Assembly (NCBI RefSeq): GCF_018350175.1
Contig: NC_058368.1
Span: 24,306,001-24,370,000, forward strand
DNA from: Felis catus
Lineage: Eukaryota
DNA: 64,000 nt
Direction: 5' to 3'
Shown: piece by piece, positions 13,646 to 27,154 of the stretch
How positions within the stretch are numbered: the stretch's first letter is position 1
Layout of the letters: every line of letters begins with the position of its first letter
Position numbers and translations under genes: made by a program
Notes under the pieces: model-generated
Database searches by the model: none
What the model was told of the DNA's origin: nothing
The model's input: the letters and a program-made list of their open reading frames with translations, nothing else

Positions 13646-14739
13646 AATTCATTTTTAAAATGGTGTCTAAATGGGCACATTACACCTATCTAGAAATCCA
13701 TGTGTCTAGAATATCTCAAATCTCTTTAAAGCTAGATAAATGAAATCAAAACAGTAATTGCTTATATTGTCGTGTGCTTTAGAGATTATGGAGCACTGTC
13801 CTATAACTATACCACTTAGCCCTCTGAACCACCCCAGGGGATTTTTTGTGTGAATGTACTCATAGACTTAGCTGAACTTTAAATTCAAAAAGAAGCAGTC
13901 AGTTTATTTTTGCATCTGTAATGTTTGAAAACATGCACTGAATATAAGAAAAGCCTCTGTGTACAGGGAAAGGCTTGCTAATCTAGGGAAAAGAATCTAT
14001 AGAGCCACATGAAGTCTAACTGGTGTACTTCCATATCAGTGTGGAAGATGTTGAAATCTATATTGAATTCATCAAATGGTACAGGATTATGGGACTTCTG
14101 TAGGGAAAAAAAAAAGGCAGGCTGTACCTCTCTCTCCTTAAGCATTCTAACAATATGGTTTGATCACTATTTCTTTCAATCAGTAAACTTTTCTCCCTTC
14201 TAAAAAATGCACCATGATCTATAATTATACATCTGTTAACCTCAACTGTATCTCAACCTCAATCTCCTGAGTCAATAACGAATTTAATTGTTCACTCTTG
14301 ATTGCATTTTTCTTTATAATTCTGTTTATCAGATGATTCCATGGCACTTTGCAGTGTTCTTGCCAATTGTAGGTGCTAACTATTTGTCTCAATTAACCTA
14401 CATCTCTGATAAAACTCATGTTAAAATTGCATACATGTTGCCCAAATGAAGGGAGAAGTGTCCTTGACAAAAGTTGTCAGTCTCATCTGTAACTTTTTTT
14501 TTTTTTATATCATGCAAGTAACATAAGACTATATTGTTGTTGTAAAAGATTCAAATACTCAGCAGCACACAGCAAAATGGGAAGATTCCTTTCACAGCCA
14601 TTTAGGCTCTTGTATTTCATGTCACTGACAACAGTTCGGTATAAGTTTTTCATGCTGCACACCCTTTCCGTGCTCCAAGAGTAGTTCAAAGGGGATTCAA
14701 TTGTTGTTCCTTTTAGATTCTCTCTCTCTCTCTTTCTCT

Positions 14740-15150
14740 CTCTCTGTACATTTAATGTCTTCTCCATCAGGAAACCCTGTCGACTCAGTCTTCAAAATAT
14801 ATCCATCACCCCATTCTGTCACCACCTTGGCCCAAATCACCATCATCTCTCACCTGGATGACTGCAGTAGCCTCCTTCCTGGTCTCCCGGATTCCATTCT
14901 TACCCTACCCTAAAAATCTACTCATAACACAACAGTCAGAAGGATCCTTCTGAAAACAGTGTTCTGCTCAAAAGCCTCCAGTGGCTCCCCACCTCACACA
15001 GTCAAAGGTCTAGTCCTTTTGGAGCCCAGAAAGTTCTATAAAATCTGCCCCAGTTCTTACTTCTCTGAGCTCATCTTCTGTAACTCTCCTAGCTCTGTCC
15101 AGCCGCACCGGCTTCCCTGCTATTCTCAAATGTGCCAGACCTGGGTCCAC
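14740..15150 (-). mobile_element. L2 fragment
   Basis: 'caccatcatctctcacctggatgactgcagtagcctccttcctggtctcc' is typical of L2. Confidence 0.7.
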
Positions 15151-15154
15151 TTAG

Positions 15155-15550
15155 GGTCTCCAGAATGAACACAGCTCCACCAACACTTCGATTTTAGGCC
15201 TGGAAGACTCATTGTGGATGTCTGACCTCCAGAAAGTAGAAGATAATAAGTTTGTGCTGGTTTTTCTTTTAATTTTTTTTTCAACGTTTATTTATTTTTG
15301 GGACAGAGAGAGACAGAGCATGAATGGGGGAGGGGCAGAGAGAGAAGGAGACACAGAATCGGAAACAGGCTCCAGGCTCTGAGCCATCAGCCCAGAGCCT
15401 GACGCGGGGCTCGAACTCACCGACCGCGAGATCGTGACCTGGCTGAAGTCGGATGCTTAACCGACTGCGCCACCCAGGCGCCCCAGTTTGTGCTGTTTTA
15501 AGTCACTAAATTCGTGATAATTTGTTACATAAATAATAGGAAACTAATAT
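15155..15550 (+). mobile_element. MLT1 (MaLR) LTR 3' part, split by a SINE
   Basis: 'tctgacctccagaa...ataagtttgtgctg[SINE]ttttaagtcactaaattcgtgataatttgttaca...ggaaactaata'. Confidence 0.75.
15260..15484 (-). mobile_element. Young felid Can-SINE
   Basis: TSD agtttgtgctg at 15249-15259 and 15485-15495. Confidence 0.95.
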
Positions 15551-16742
15551 ATAATCTGCAATTCTTTTACAGTAGCCCCAGGCAAGCATCCCTTCTAGAC
15601 ACAAGTGGAAAAAGTACTTCCAACTTTGAAATTTCACTAATCTCCCAGCGAATCTGTGGATGCTTATTTACTTATTTGCTTACATATTTGTTTGTTTATG
15701 CTTGTATAATATATGGCAACTGGAATTCTAGCCTATTCAGTAGACATAATGTATAGAAAAACAGGCATTCAAAAAGAGAAAGGGCAGAAACCTAAAAAAA
15801 ATTTTTATTTATCCAGAAATTACTGAAAATCTCCAATGGGCCAGATGCCATAACCATGGCAGGCAGTGTGCCCCTGAAAAAACAAAGGACAGTAATCATT
15901 CAAGGACTGAATTTGTGACTATGGTTACTGCTCATCCATTAGCCATCTAGCAATTACTGGCTGATCATCTACTACTCAGTACTATACCAGACACTGAGTA
16001 ACACAAAGAAGCATTAAGATTCACAATTATGTATGACTAGACTGATAATAAACAATGTAAGGCACCACAGAGTTTACGTTAAATCATAAGGATGGCAATA
16101 GATCCACATATATGGACCAGAGTGAGGGCTGCATTCAGCAGGGCCTAAATGGAGGACTGCAAGATTAGGATGAGTGGAAAGGGGATATCAGGGCATCTTA
16201 GGCAGGAGAAAGAGCAGGAGCAAAAGTGTGGAAGAGGAAATGAGCATAGCACAAGTGAGGGAGAGTGAGGAAATTAGCTTGGTTACAGCACAGGGCTTGA
16301 TAGGGAGCAGTGGAAATAAAGTTGGACAGGTATAGCACAACTTTTTAACTCTGAGTTTTAACAGCCAGGCAGAGGCATTTAGACTCAATGTGATAAAAGT
16401 AGGGAGCTGTGGCATAGATTTTCCCATCTTACGTGGAAAATTTTCAAACAAGAAAAACAGTTGAAAAAATTGTACATAAAAGATCCTATATGCATAATGT
16501 GGGTTCCACAATTCACCTGCTGCTATGTCCACTTTATTCTTATCTAATCATCCCTGTGCCTCACTAACAATCAATCCATCCCATGTTTTAGGACTTTTTA
16601 AAAGTCTTAGGGATTTTTAAAAATTTTTAATTCTTATTCTATCAGATGAATTGTATCATTTGCCAAGTTCCACAAGAACACCTTTGGAATTTCGAGGGAT
16701 ATTACACAAAATGTGTCCATCATTTTGGAAGGAATTTACATT

Positions 16743-17192
16743 AAAAAAATTTTTTTTTATTTTTTTTTTATTTTTTTTTCAACGTTTATTTATTTTTGGG
16801 ACAGAGAGAGACAGAGCATGAACAGGGGAGGGGCAGAGAGAGAGGGAGACACAGAATCGGAAACAGGCTCCAGGCTCCGAGCCATCAGCCCAGAGCCCGA
16901 CGCGGGGCTCGAACTCCCGGACCGCGAGATCGTGACCTGGCTGAAGACGGACGCTTAACCGACTGCGCCACCCAGGCGCCCAAAAAAATTTTTTTTAATG
17001 TTTATTTATTTTGAGAGAGAGAGAGACAGAGCATGAGCAGGGGAGGGGCAGAGAGAGAGGGAGACACAGAATCCATAGCAGGCCCCAGGCTCTGAGCCGT
17101 CAGCACAGACCCTGACACAGGGCTCAAACCCACAAGCAAGATCATGACCTGAGCCAGTCAGATGCTCAAGCAATTGAGCCATCCAGGTGCCC
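16743..17192 (-). mobile_element. Two nested Can-SINEs (young 16759-16981 inserted in the tail of older 16982-17192)
   Basis: Outer TSD tggaa(g/a)gaatttacatt at 16726-16742 and 17194-17210; inner duplication A7T8 at 16743 and 16982. Confidence 0.92.
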
Positions 17193-17251
17193 ATGGAAAG
17201 AATTTACATTTTTAATTGTCTGCTTTTCTTCTTAGGGAAGTGGTTTCAGTA

Positions 17252-17487
17252 ATTTTTTTTTTTTTTAGTTTGATTTATTTATTTTTAGAGAGAGAGAGTG
17301 CACGTGCAGGGGGCAGGGTCAGGAGACAGGGAAAGAGAGAATCCCAAGCAGGCTCCACACCGTCAGCACACAGCCTGATGGGGTTGGGGGGAGGAGGAAA
17401 GGGGAGATGATCCCATGAACTGTGAGATCACAACCTGATCCAAAATCAAGTGTCAGGCACTCAACCCAGAGACACCCAGGCTGCCCA
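17252..17487 (-). mobile_element. Can-SINE (older)
   Basis: agagaatcccaagcaggctcc...gagatcacaacctga. Confidence 0.85.
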
Positions 17488-17872
17488 AGTACTGTACTGT
17501 ATTTTGTGTTTTCTCTTTGCATAGGTTTCACAAACTTACGATCAAGATTCCTTAGTAGTTTATCAACAATGTGAATATCTTTTCCCCCTATTTCATGTTT
17601 CTAACTAGTGGCCCAGATCTTTTCTTTCATGGTCATGCTTAGCCTTCTTTGCTCGTCTTGTATGTTTCTCTTACTGAGAACCCATTATCTCCTGGACTCA
17701 CAATGCCTCATGCAGGGCTGAGATGGGTGTAGTCTATACACACAAACCAGCAGTCTTCTCAACAATCCATTCAGAAAATATTCATAAGACTTGTTTCTCA
17801 GTACTTATATACACTTTTGATAACATTTGGGAGAACAATTTACTCAAAACACATTTAAGAATTTAGGGAACA

Positions 17873-18077
17873 GGGGCACCTGGGTGGCTCAGTCAGTTGA
17901 GCACCTGTCTCTTGATTTGGGGTCAGGTCATGATCTCATGTTTTGTGGGATAGAGCCCCATGTGGGGCTTCATGCTGACAGCACAGAGCCTGCTTGGGAT
18001 TCTCTGTCTCCCTCTTTCTCTGCCCTCCCCAGTTTGCACTCTCTGTCCCTCAAAATTAATAAACTTTAAAAAAAAAG
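17873..18077 (+). mobile_element. Can-SINE
   Basis: ggggcacctgggtggctcagtc... A tail. Confidence 0.9.
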
Positions 18078-18889
18078 TTAAGAGAATAAAAGATCTAGCA
18101 ATTGACAAAAATTAATAGCCCAAAGTAAATATACATCCTTCATCAATAGTTGGTAGCATTTATTTCCTGAATAAATATTCTTCTGAGAGAATAAAAGGCC
18201 AGGATACACAAGATGGTCATTTAAAATCAAAGATAAAAGGTGGTGGATATGATCAAGTGAAAAGAAAGGGGAAAGCTGTGTGGCACATACCTTCAGCAGC
18301 ACAGGGCCACCTTCCCCTGGAGTCATCATCTTTTGATTCAACACTGAATGAGCAGAACTTCTAAATAAATGATGTATTTCTTTTACAGCTAACCACAGAA
18401 CATAAATATTTTCATTTTGCTTTAAAATTAATTTTATAGTTAACAGATTCAAATGTTTTCAAAAAGTCAAACCAAAATAATTAGGACTCCCATGGCTTCC
18501 TGTTTCCTCATTTTCTTCCTCATTTCCTCATTTCCAAAATTTTATTTATGGATAGCACACTTCAGCAGATTTGCGTATCCTCCCAGTATTTCTTTACACA
18601 AATACAAATACCTACTTATATTTTTCCACTTTTATATATGAAAGGTACCATACTACATGCATTAATCTACACCTTTCTTTTTCCTTGAACTACAGATCAT
18701 GCCATATTTGTACGCAAAGAACCTCCTCATTTTCATGTAAGGCCACAAAGAATCCCATTTTGTGATGTGGCACAGTTTATTTAACCAGCTTTTTACTGAC
18801 GGAGACTTAGGTTGTTTTCCTTGGTTTACCATTATAAACAATGCTGCAACAAATAGCCTTGGATGTATAATATTTCATATATTTGCTGT

Positions 18890-19219
18890 CATATCATGTG
18901 GTTTATAATGTATGTAGATGTAATATTAATGATTACAATAGCTAAAAGAACGATGGTGGAGAAACGAAACTATATGGTCACAAAATTCTCATTTCATAAA
19001 GTGGCATAATATTAAATCAAGGTAGACAATGGTAAAATGAGAACGTACATTGTAATTTCTAAAGAAATCAATTTAAAAATATAGAGGTTGGGGCGCCTGG
19101 GTGGCTTAGTCAGTTAAGTGTCCAGTTTTTTGGTTTCATCTCAGGTCATGAGCTCAACTCAGGTCACAAGTTCTAGTCCCACATCAGGCTCTGTGCTGAC
19201 AGCGCTGAACCTGCTCGGG

Positions 19220-19258
<39 letters not shown>

Positions 19259-19695
19259 TCTTCCCCCACTTCCTTGCACTCTGGCTCTCTCTCTCAAAAT
19301 AAATAAACTTTTTTTAAAAATACAAAGGTTAGATTAAAAGGCAATAAAGAATACTGAATACTGAAAATAGAACACTGACAAATATTCAATGAACCCAAAA
19401 GAAAGCTAGAAAAAAATATCAGAAAAATAAAAACCAGAGGGGACAAATAGAAAATGAATAGCTAACGCATAGATGTAAATTCAACCAATATTTACATTAA
19501 CTGTAAATAGACTGAACATTCCTACTAAAAGACAAAGACACTTCAGGGGTGCCTGGGTGGCTCAGTTGGTTGGGCGTCTGACTTCAGCTCATGTAATGAT
19601 CTCATGGTTTGTGGGTTCAAGTCCCACATTGGGCTTTGTGCTGACAGCTCAGAGACTGGAGCCTGCTTCAGATTCTGTGTCTCCCTCTCTCTCTG

Positions 19696-19736
<41 letters not shown>

Positions 19737-20220
19737 AATAAATAAACATTAAAATTTTAAAAAAAAAGACAGAGATACTTCAAAATGAAAAAGGGCCAAT
19801 TTATCAGGAAAGTATAACAGTAAAAAATGTTTACCAGAGTTTCAAAATACATAAAGGAAAACTGACAGAACTAAAGAAAAAGGACAAATCTATAATCATG
19901 GTTGCACATTTAAATACCCTTCTATGAAAAATTAATGGAACACCTTTAAAACTACCTACACAAAAAAATAGTAAAGATATGGAGTAGCTGAACAACATTA
20001 TTGACCAACTGGACCTCATCAATATTTATAAACAGTACACTCAACACCACATCATACATATTATATTCAAGTGCACATGGACTATTCCCTAAAACAGACA
20101 TTATACTGGGTTGTATGAATGTCTCAATAAATTTCAAAAGTTTGAAAGCTTTCACAGTATGTTCCCTGTCAGCAAGGAAATTAAATTAGCAATCAATGAC
20201 AACAGACAGCTAGAAGATAG
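18890..20220 (+). mobile_element. Old L1 fragment (ORF2 endonuclease-region remnant) interrupted by SINEs at 19090-19320 and 19546-19767
   Basis: A-rich; 'caagtgcacatggactattccctaaaacagac' translates as SSAHGLFPKTDIILG, resembling the L1 EN motif FSSAHGTFSKIDHILG. Confidence 0.7.
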
Positions 20221-20909
20221 AAAGGAGAATTACAAGTATGGAAAGGAGGGAACACTAGGCCTTGGCATTGGATAGGAATTGGGGACATCAGCCTGAACAC
20301 ATTAATCTTAATATGTATAGAAATAAATACAGGAAGGTATGTCTACAGGAATATGTGTGCCCATTCTAGTCTGGCTTCCTGAAAGGGCCCAGAAGCAATT
20401 ACATGCCAGAAGCAATTAGCACACTTAACTCCTAAATCTTAATTTATAAAAACAGACCTCCTTGGAGAAAAGACTGACTCTGGCTCTGGGACAGGGATAA
20501 GCCTAGAGTATCTTGTTGCTCCAGAAAGTAAGAAATTGCTCAAAAAAATAATGGAAACATGTCAGAAAGACATGAGAGCCCCTCACAAAATCTGGGACAC
20601 CTCAAGGATCAGAATAAATCATATTAGTAATGGATTACATAACCCATTGAAAGATACAAATGCATGAGTACATTTTAATATAAATAAGTGAATTAATAAA
20701 CAAATAGAGGAGAAGGGAAACATCTTCCTTATATTAGAATGCCCGCTAATAAAGACAGAAGAAACAAGAAAGCTAGAAAAGCATTAATGAATGCTAAAAC
20801 TAACAAAAACTCAATAAGAAAGAGGATACTCTAAAATTAACTAGCCTGTGTTCTTCAAAAAAGGCAAAGCAAACCTGAGGAACTGTTCTAGATTAAAGGA
20901 GACTAAAAA

Positions 20910-21118
20910 GGGGCGCCTGGGTGGCACAGTCGGTTAAGCGTCCGACTTCAGCCAGGTCACGATCTCGCGGTCCGTGAGTTCGAGCCCCGCGTTGGACTCT
21001 GGGCAGATGGCTCGGAGCCTGGAGCCTGCTTCCGATTCTGTGTCTCCCTCTCTCTCTTCCCCTCCCCTGTTCATGCTCTGTCTCTCTCTGTCTCAAAAAT
21101 AAAAAAAAAAATAAAATG
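20910..21118 (+). mobile_element. Young felid Can-SINE
   Basis: TSD ttaaaggagactaaa at 20893-20907 and 21119-21133. Confidence 0.93.
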
Positions 21119-21180
21119 TTAAAGGAGACTAAAGAGATATGTCAGCTAAATGCATGACTCTGGACTGTGAGGGGTAAAAT

Positions 21181-21212
21181 ACACACACACATAGATGCAC
21201 ACGTGTGTGCAT

Positions 21213-21254
<42 letters not shown>
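21181..21254. repeat. Compound (CA)n/(GC)n microsatellite
   Basis: Direct reading. Confidence 0.95.
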
Positions 21255-21256
<2 letters not shown>

Positions 21257-21726
21257 TGAATATTCAAAGGGAAACCTGACAAAATTCAGACATGAACTGT
21301 GGATTAGATAATAGTGTTATATAATGTTAATTTCCTGATTTCAATAATGGCACTAGGTTATTTCAAATTTAAATAGTGTCTTTGATAGAGCATAAGTGGT
21401 AAAGGATGTACAAGACTTCCTTATGTTATTTTTGCAATTATTTTGTAATCTCTAAATTACATCATCATAAAATGTTACCCAAAAATGAATATCCCAAGCA
21501 TGTGAAATTCCTCTAAAATCTTTTCTACCACTCTTGTAATATACCTCCATAAGACTGTTTTCTCCACTATGGTGCTATTAAAACAAAACATAAAAACATT
21601 TTAGATGTCTATTATCCCTTATGTGTAACACAAGTTATCAATCCACCCTACTTTAGATAAAGTAACACACAAAAGGCAAACTCGTTTGTCAAATTGAAAC
21701 TTCTTTTTCATGTGCTTTATATATTT

Positions 21727-22645
21727 TCTTTTATTCATTTATTTTCAAGTTAGTTAACATACAGTGTAGTCCTGACTTCAGGAGTAGAACCCAGTAACTA
21801 TGTCATACATATGACACACAGTGCTCTTGGGACTTCATCAAGACAAAAAACTTCTGCTCAGCAAAGGAAACAACCAACAAATCTAAAAGGCAACTGATGG
21901 AATGGGAGAAAATATTTGCAAATGACATATCAGATAAAGGGTTAGTATCCCAAATCTATAAAGAACTTTCCAAACTCAACCCCCAAAAAACAAATAACCC
22001 AGTGAAGAAATGGGAAAAGACATGAATAGACACTTTTCCAAAGTAGACATCCAGATGACTAACACACACATGAAAAATGCTCATCACTCATCATCGGAGA
22101 AATACAAATCAAAAGCACATTGAGCTACCACCTTATACTGGTCAGAGTGGCTAAAATTAACAAGTCAGCAAACAACAGATGTTGGTGAGGATGTGGAGAA
22201 AGGGGAACCCTCTTGCACTGCTGGTGGGAATGCAAACTGGACAGTCACTCTGGAAAACAGTATGGAGGTTCCTCAAAAAGTTAAAAAGAGAGCTACCCTA
22301 CAACCCAGCAATTTCACTACTAGGGATTTACCCAAAGGATACAGGAGTGCTGGTTTGAAGGAACACATGCACCACAATGTTTACAGTGTGCTATCACCAA
22401 TAGTCAAATTATGAAAAGAGCCCAAATGTCCATCAATAGATAAAGAAGATGTGGTACATATATAATGGAATACTACTCAGCGATGAATGAAATCTTGCCA
22501 TCTGCAACAATGTGAGTGGAACTGGAGCATATTATGCTAAGTGAAATAAGTCAGTAAGAGAAAGATATCATATGACTTCACTCATGTGGAATTTGAGAAA
22601 TTCAACAGATGAACATAGGGAAAGGGAAGGAAAAATAAGATAGAA
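21727..22645. mobile_element. Carnivore L1 3' fragment with internal inversion
   Basis: 21727-21826 is the reverse complement of an L1 3' terminus; 21828-22645 is + strand ORF2 C-terminus and 3' UTR. Confidence 0.8.
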
Positions 22646-22646
22646 A

Positions 22647-22879
22647 CTTTTTTTTTAAGTTTATTTATTTATTTAGAGAGAGAGTGAGAGCAAGTGGGGT
22701 AGGAACAGAGAAAGAAAGGGTGCGAGAGAGCATGAGAGAAGATGAGAGAGAATCCCAAGTAGGCTCCACACTGTCTGCACAGAGCCCGGCCCAGAGCTCA
22801 ACCTCACAAACCATGAGATCGTGACCTGAGCCAAAATTAAGAGTCGGATGCTTAACCAACTGAGTCACCCAGGGGCCCC
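22647..22879 (-). mobile_element. Can-SINE
   Basis: T-rich tail, (GA)n tract, ...cccaggggcccc. Confidence 0.9.
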
Positions 22880-23350
22880 TCATATCGACACTTTTAATAC
22901 TGATATGCACTATGCTCATTCAAAGTATGCATATAAGCATTTTATATGTGGGAATGACTATTTGATTCAACTTTTAGTTTACTTATGAATGTGGAATTTA
23001 AATAGTAATTAGTGATTATCATCTATTCCCATGAACATATTCAATAAACATTTTTTCTAATTAGAGTTTTTTTCTTCTTATATTATGCTAATTATATTTA
23101 CCAAAATGTAGTTTTTATCTGTTTAATCTACTAATTAAAAAATTGGAACTTACTTATGTTTTGGCCTTTGTGGGGGGTTTTTGTTTTGTTTTTCAAGAAA
23201 TTCATTTTTATTATCTTGGTCCATAACATTGGGTATTATATGTGCGGTTATTCATTGCAGACAGTTTAAGAGGCACTGGTTAAAAGACTGATTTATGCAT
23301 AAACAATCCAGCCTCCCAGAGGTATCTGCTTACTGAAAGGACCTGATCTC

Positions 23351-23417
23351 TTTCACTAAGAGATTGATAGGATTTCACTAAGGATTGATAGGATTTCACT
23401 AACATTGATAGGATTTC
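23351..23417. repeat. Three-unit ~21-bp tandem repeat
   Basis: tttcactaa(gag/gg/c)attgatagga x3. Confidence 0.92.
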
Positions 23418-24315
23418 TTTGTTTGTTTGATTCAAATCAATAATCCCACTATAACTGAACTATGCTGTCACTTCTACCCACTTTGGTAATGGAAGAGCCC
23501 AAATACGTGGGTTTCATCTCTGCAAGCATCAGCTATCCTTACTCACAGAGGAATCATGCGAGACCACAGCCTCGTTCAAGAAGGCACACTTCCACGGCCA
23601 TCTCACATCTGCAGTGTGCAGTGATTATGAGGGGACTGTATACTTAGCTCAGTATTTGGAAGGCTGGAGAATGGGAAGTGGAGCACATTTAGGAGGTTAA
23701 AATCCACTGGCTAGTTACGTCTATGTGGGAATTTATTTTTAGTTTTCTTTAATTAGGAAAAGTTTTTCTCTCATGTTCTCACAGAAAGCTTTAAAATTCC
23801 TGTCTCCAGTGGAACTATGCAAGGCCTTCACCTGGCAAGCTAAACCCACATAAATCCTTCTCTAGAAGTTACTCAACCCAGGCCGTGGCACCACTGTAGA
23901 AACAAAGTAACACAAACACTGATTAAATAAATACTGTCAGTGGAGAATTACTGACTGCTGAGAAAAAATTACCCAGTACTTAAAAATAGGCAAAAAGATT
24001 ACTGGGAGTGCCCTGGTTGGAGACTGGGCATTGTCTAATGGACACTCTGGGTATTACCTGATTGTAAGGGAGCTTGCACCCATGATTGACTTTCTGTCGG
24101 CGAGGCTATTCTACAACGCTACAGGGGTAGAGGTTAAGTAATAGAAAACTTGTAGCAATGCAAATGATTCCAGTTAGTCACAATGCAAATTACTCATATT
24201 TATAGTAATGCAGATTAATTTTATCTAGTAGAAAATATAATCTCTGACTATAAAACTTTGAACCAATTTTAACATCTTACTAGCTTCTCCTTTAATTAAG
24301 AAGTTGAACAAAGTT

Positions 24316-24500
24316 GGGGTGCCTGGGTGGCTCAGTCAGTTTAGCACCAGGTTTGGCTAAGGTCATGATCTCACAGTTCGTGGGTTCAAGCCCCACGTCA
24401 GGCTCTGTGCTGACAGCTCACAGCCTGGAGCCTGTATCTCTTGTCCCTCCTCTGCTCGTACTCTGTCTCTCAAAAATAAATAAACATTAAATTTTTTAAA
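24316..24500 (+). mobile_element. Can-SINE
   Basis: Consensus head and A tail. Confidence 0.88.
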
Positions 24501-24774
24501 AAATAATAAGAATAAATAAATTGAATAAAGTCTTTGATTCATGTTACTCATTTTACTTGTATGAGAATCATGCACATGCACATGACTTTTTAAAAATTAC
24601 ACTTAGCAGGACTATCAGGTAACAGATGTTTCCTCCAAGGAAACCAAAAAGGCAACATGGTCAAAAGAAGAAGGAATGACATCTTTATCAGTAATAAAAA
24701 ATTTCCTTGGAGAGAAATTAGGCCTGTCAAGGGGGCTGAAACAACCAAGGCATATGTTGATCAAAGCCCCTTCT

Positions 24775-25007
24775 GGGGCGCCTGGAGGGGCTCAATGGGT
24801 CAGTTAGGTGTTGGACCCTTGGTTTCCGCTCCAGTCACGATCTCACAGTTGGTGAGATGGACCCCCACATGCAGCCCCACCTCTGACTCCACCCTGACAG
24901 CACGGAGCCTGCTTGGGATTCTCTCCTCCCTCTCTCTCTGCCCCTCCCTTGCTCCTGCACTCTCTCACTCTCTCTCCAAATAAATAAATAATATTTAAAA
25001 AAAAAAA
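24775..25007 (+). mobile_element. Can-SINE (diverged)
   Basis: ggggcgcctgga...gagcctgcttgggattctctc, A tail. Confidence 0.85.
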
Positions 25008-27154
25008 TATCCCCCCTCTTGAGGAGGTAATTCCAGAAAATTAAAAAGTGAGAAATATTTGTGAAATTCGGCGAAGAAAAATGAAGTACGACTTGACAAT
25101 TGGCTGGGAAAGTAGAATAAAAGGCGATCAAATATATAACTGCTTGGAGTTTCTTGTTTAAGAAACAGGTGATGCTATGATATTAAGAATGAAGAGACAT
25201 CAAGTCGTCCTTGGAATACAAACAGTTAAGGACTTAGAAAAAGATTATGGGGTCTGATCCAATGGGAACATGACCACCAGTGAACTAGACGGGAATTTCC
25301 CAAATTGTGTTTCCGATGATACAAATCTATCAGAATGCTCTAAGACAAAAACAGTACTATAGCCCACAAGGGGAGATTTATATGTTCCCTAGCACCTTGA
25401 AGATTCAGTGAAGTCCTTTGTTTAACCTACCACTCCCACATTTAATCACAGAAACATGAATCTAAATAATTTCCTAAGGAAATGCGAGTTTCTCAACATC
25501 ACTTTGAGAAATGTGGCACCGGATTTATAAAGAAAGTGCATTTATTAAACAAGTTTTGTCAAGTGATGATAAAATTAAAGTAAGATATAAATTATGTGAG
25601 CTCTGACTTCACCCAAGTGTATTCCTGAAACATCCTGGTCTATGGTTTTATATAATTAGTTCATGAAAATTCCAGAAATCCGGCAGTTTTATAAGAATGT
25701 TTTTTTATAGTACCAGGCAATTCAAATATAGTAATAAAATTATCACAGTTTTCTTACCATTTCCATTAAGTCCAAAATGGTCTCAGCATTTTTCCATTCT
25801 TCCATTTCAAATCAAGTTCCAGTCTGTAAAAATCTCTAATATTCACACATTTATTCTCACCTTAGTCTCATTTTCCACTAACTCATCTCACTCATACTTT
25901 TTTAAAACTCTACTCTCTCCTTCTCTTATGGATTCCAATAAAAACAGTTTTAGATATGGCTCATTACCCCTGTCTCCTACTCACAGCGTAATGCTTCTAG
26001 AGTGTTTATGTAACATGGCTGATTTCCAGGTTCTATGGCCTAATTTAGTAGAAGGTAAACTGGAAAAGATCAGAATTTACTAAGAATCAGGAGATACTGG
26101 CTATGTCTTCTCAAGTTCAACTGAACTTTACAGAGTTGAAAGCACTGGTCATTTACAAACACATCAGCTACCATTCTATGGGACAGATGCTGCCTCTCTT
26201 GCAAACCTTGGTCTGCTCCAAGTAAGTGGATTCATTCAGTGTTTAGGCTGGAGCCAGATCACTTGGGTTCATGGCAATCTAATCTTAAACTTGATTTCCA
26301 GCTGTGCAAATGCCTTGACTCAAGTCATTTATTCCCTTGCGAATATGTACGTAATCTGTAAAGACCAAATTAACTGTATGTGAAGATATTTGATTCTGTT
26401 AACTGAGTTAGTTTTAAAGATTCGCTTTACTAATACAGAATTTTTGTCACACTTTTGGAAAAAGTAAACTCCATAAAAGCAGAGACTAACTTGTCCATTT
26501 CTGTATTGGTAGTACCTAAAAAAGTTCCTGGTATATATGGTAGGCAAACAGTAATTATTGGTGGGTAAAAGAATGGATGAATGGATGATGGTATAAGTGG
26601 AGATCCAAAAGGTATAGATCCAGAAGGTATGGCAAATGAGTTTACTTTGCCCAGTGATGCAAAATAAACCCATGTCCTTGTAACCAGTATCTTATATTTT
26701 AAATACCAATTCCTTATTCTTTTCATAAGATGTAACATGAGGATAACATCGATTTGTTTAATCTACGATGCTTTGATAGCAAAAATAAAGGTGTATGCCA
26801 CTATCTTCCTCATTATTGTTATCAAGAAGCAGTATGGTTTAATGGTTAAACACACAAATTCTCGATTCTGACTAATGGAAACAAATCTCTGTTCTGCCAT
26901 GTACTACCTCTTTGATCCCATGTTAAGTAACTTATCTGTGTTTTGGTTTCCTCATCTACAAAAACATAAACATAAAAATATGTATCTCATAATCTCATAG
27001 GTTAACACATGTAAAGAACTTACAATAGTACCTGCCTGTAGGAAGCACTATATGAGTCTCTACTGTTATTAGTAATAGCACTGTGCACTCCTATCTCAGA
27101 ATCAGAAAAACGCAGAACAGCCATTAGAAATGGGAAAGGCTGCCTTTCATTTTG

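Noticed and set aside
23351..23417. Direct repeats as a possible CRISPR-like array
   Set aside because: Units are contiguous with no spacers, and the DNA is mammalian.
25560..25610. C/D-box-like arrangement (AAG-TGATGA...CTGA-CTT)
   Set aside because: Only ~50 nt, intergenic rather than intronic, and no evident guide sequence; likely chance.
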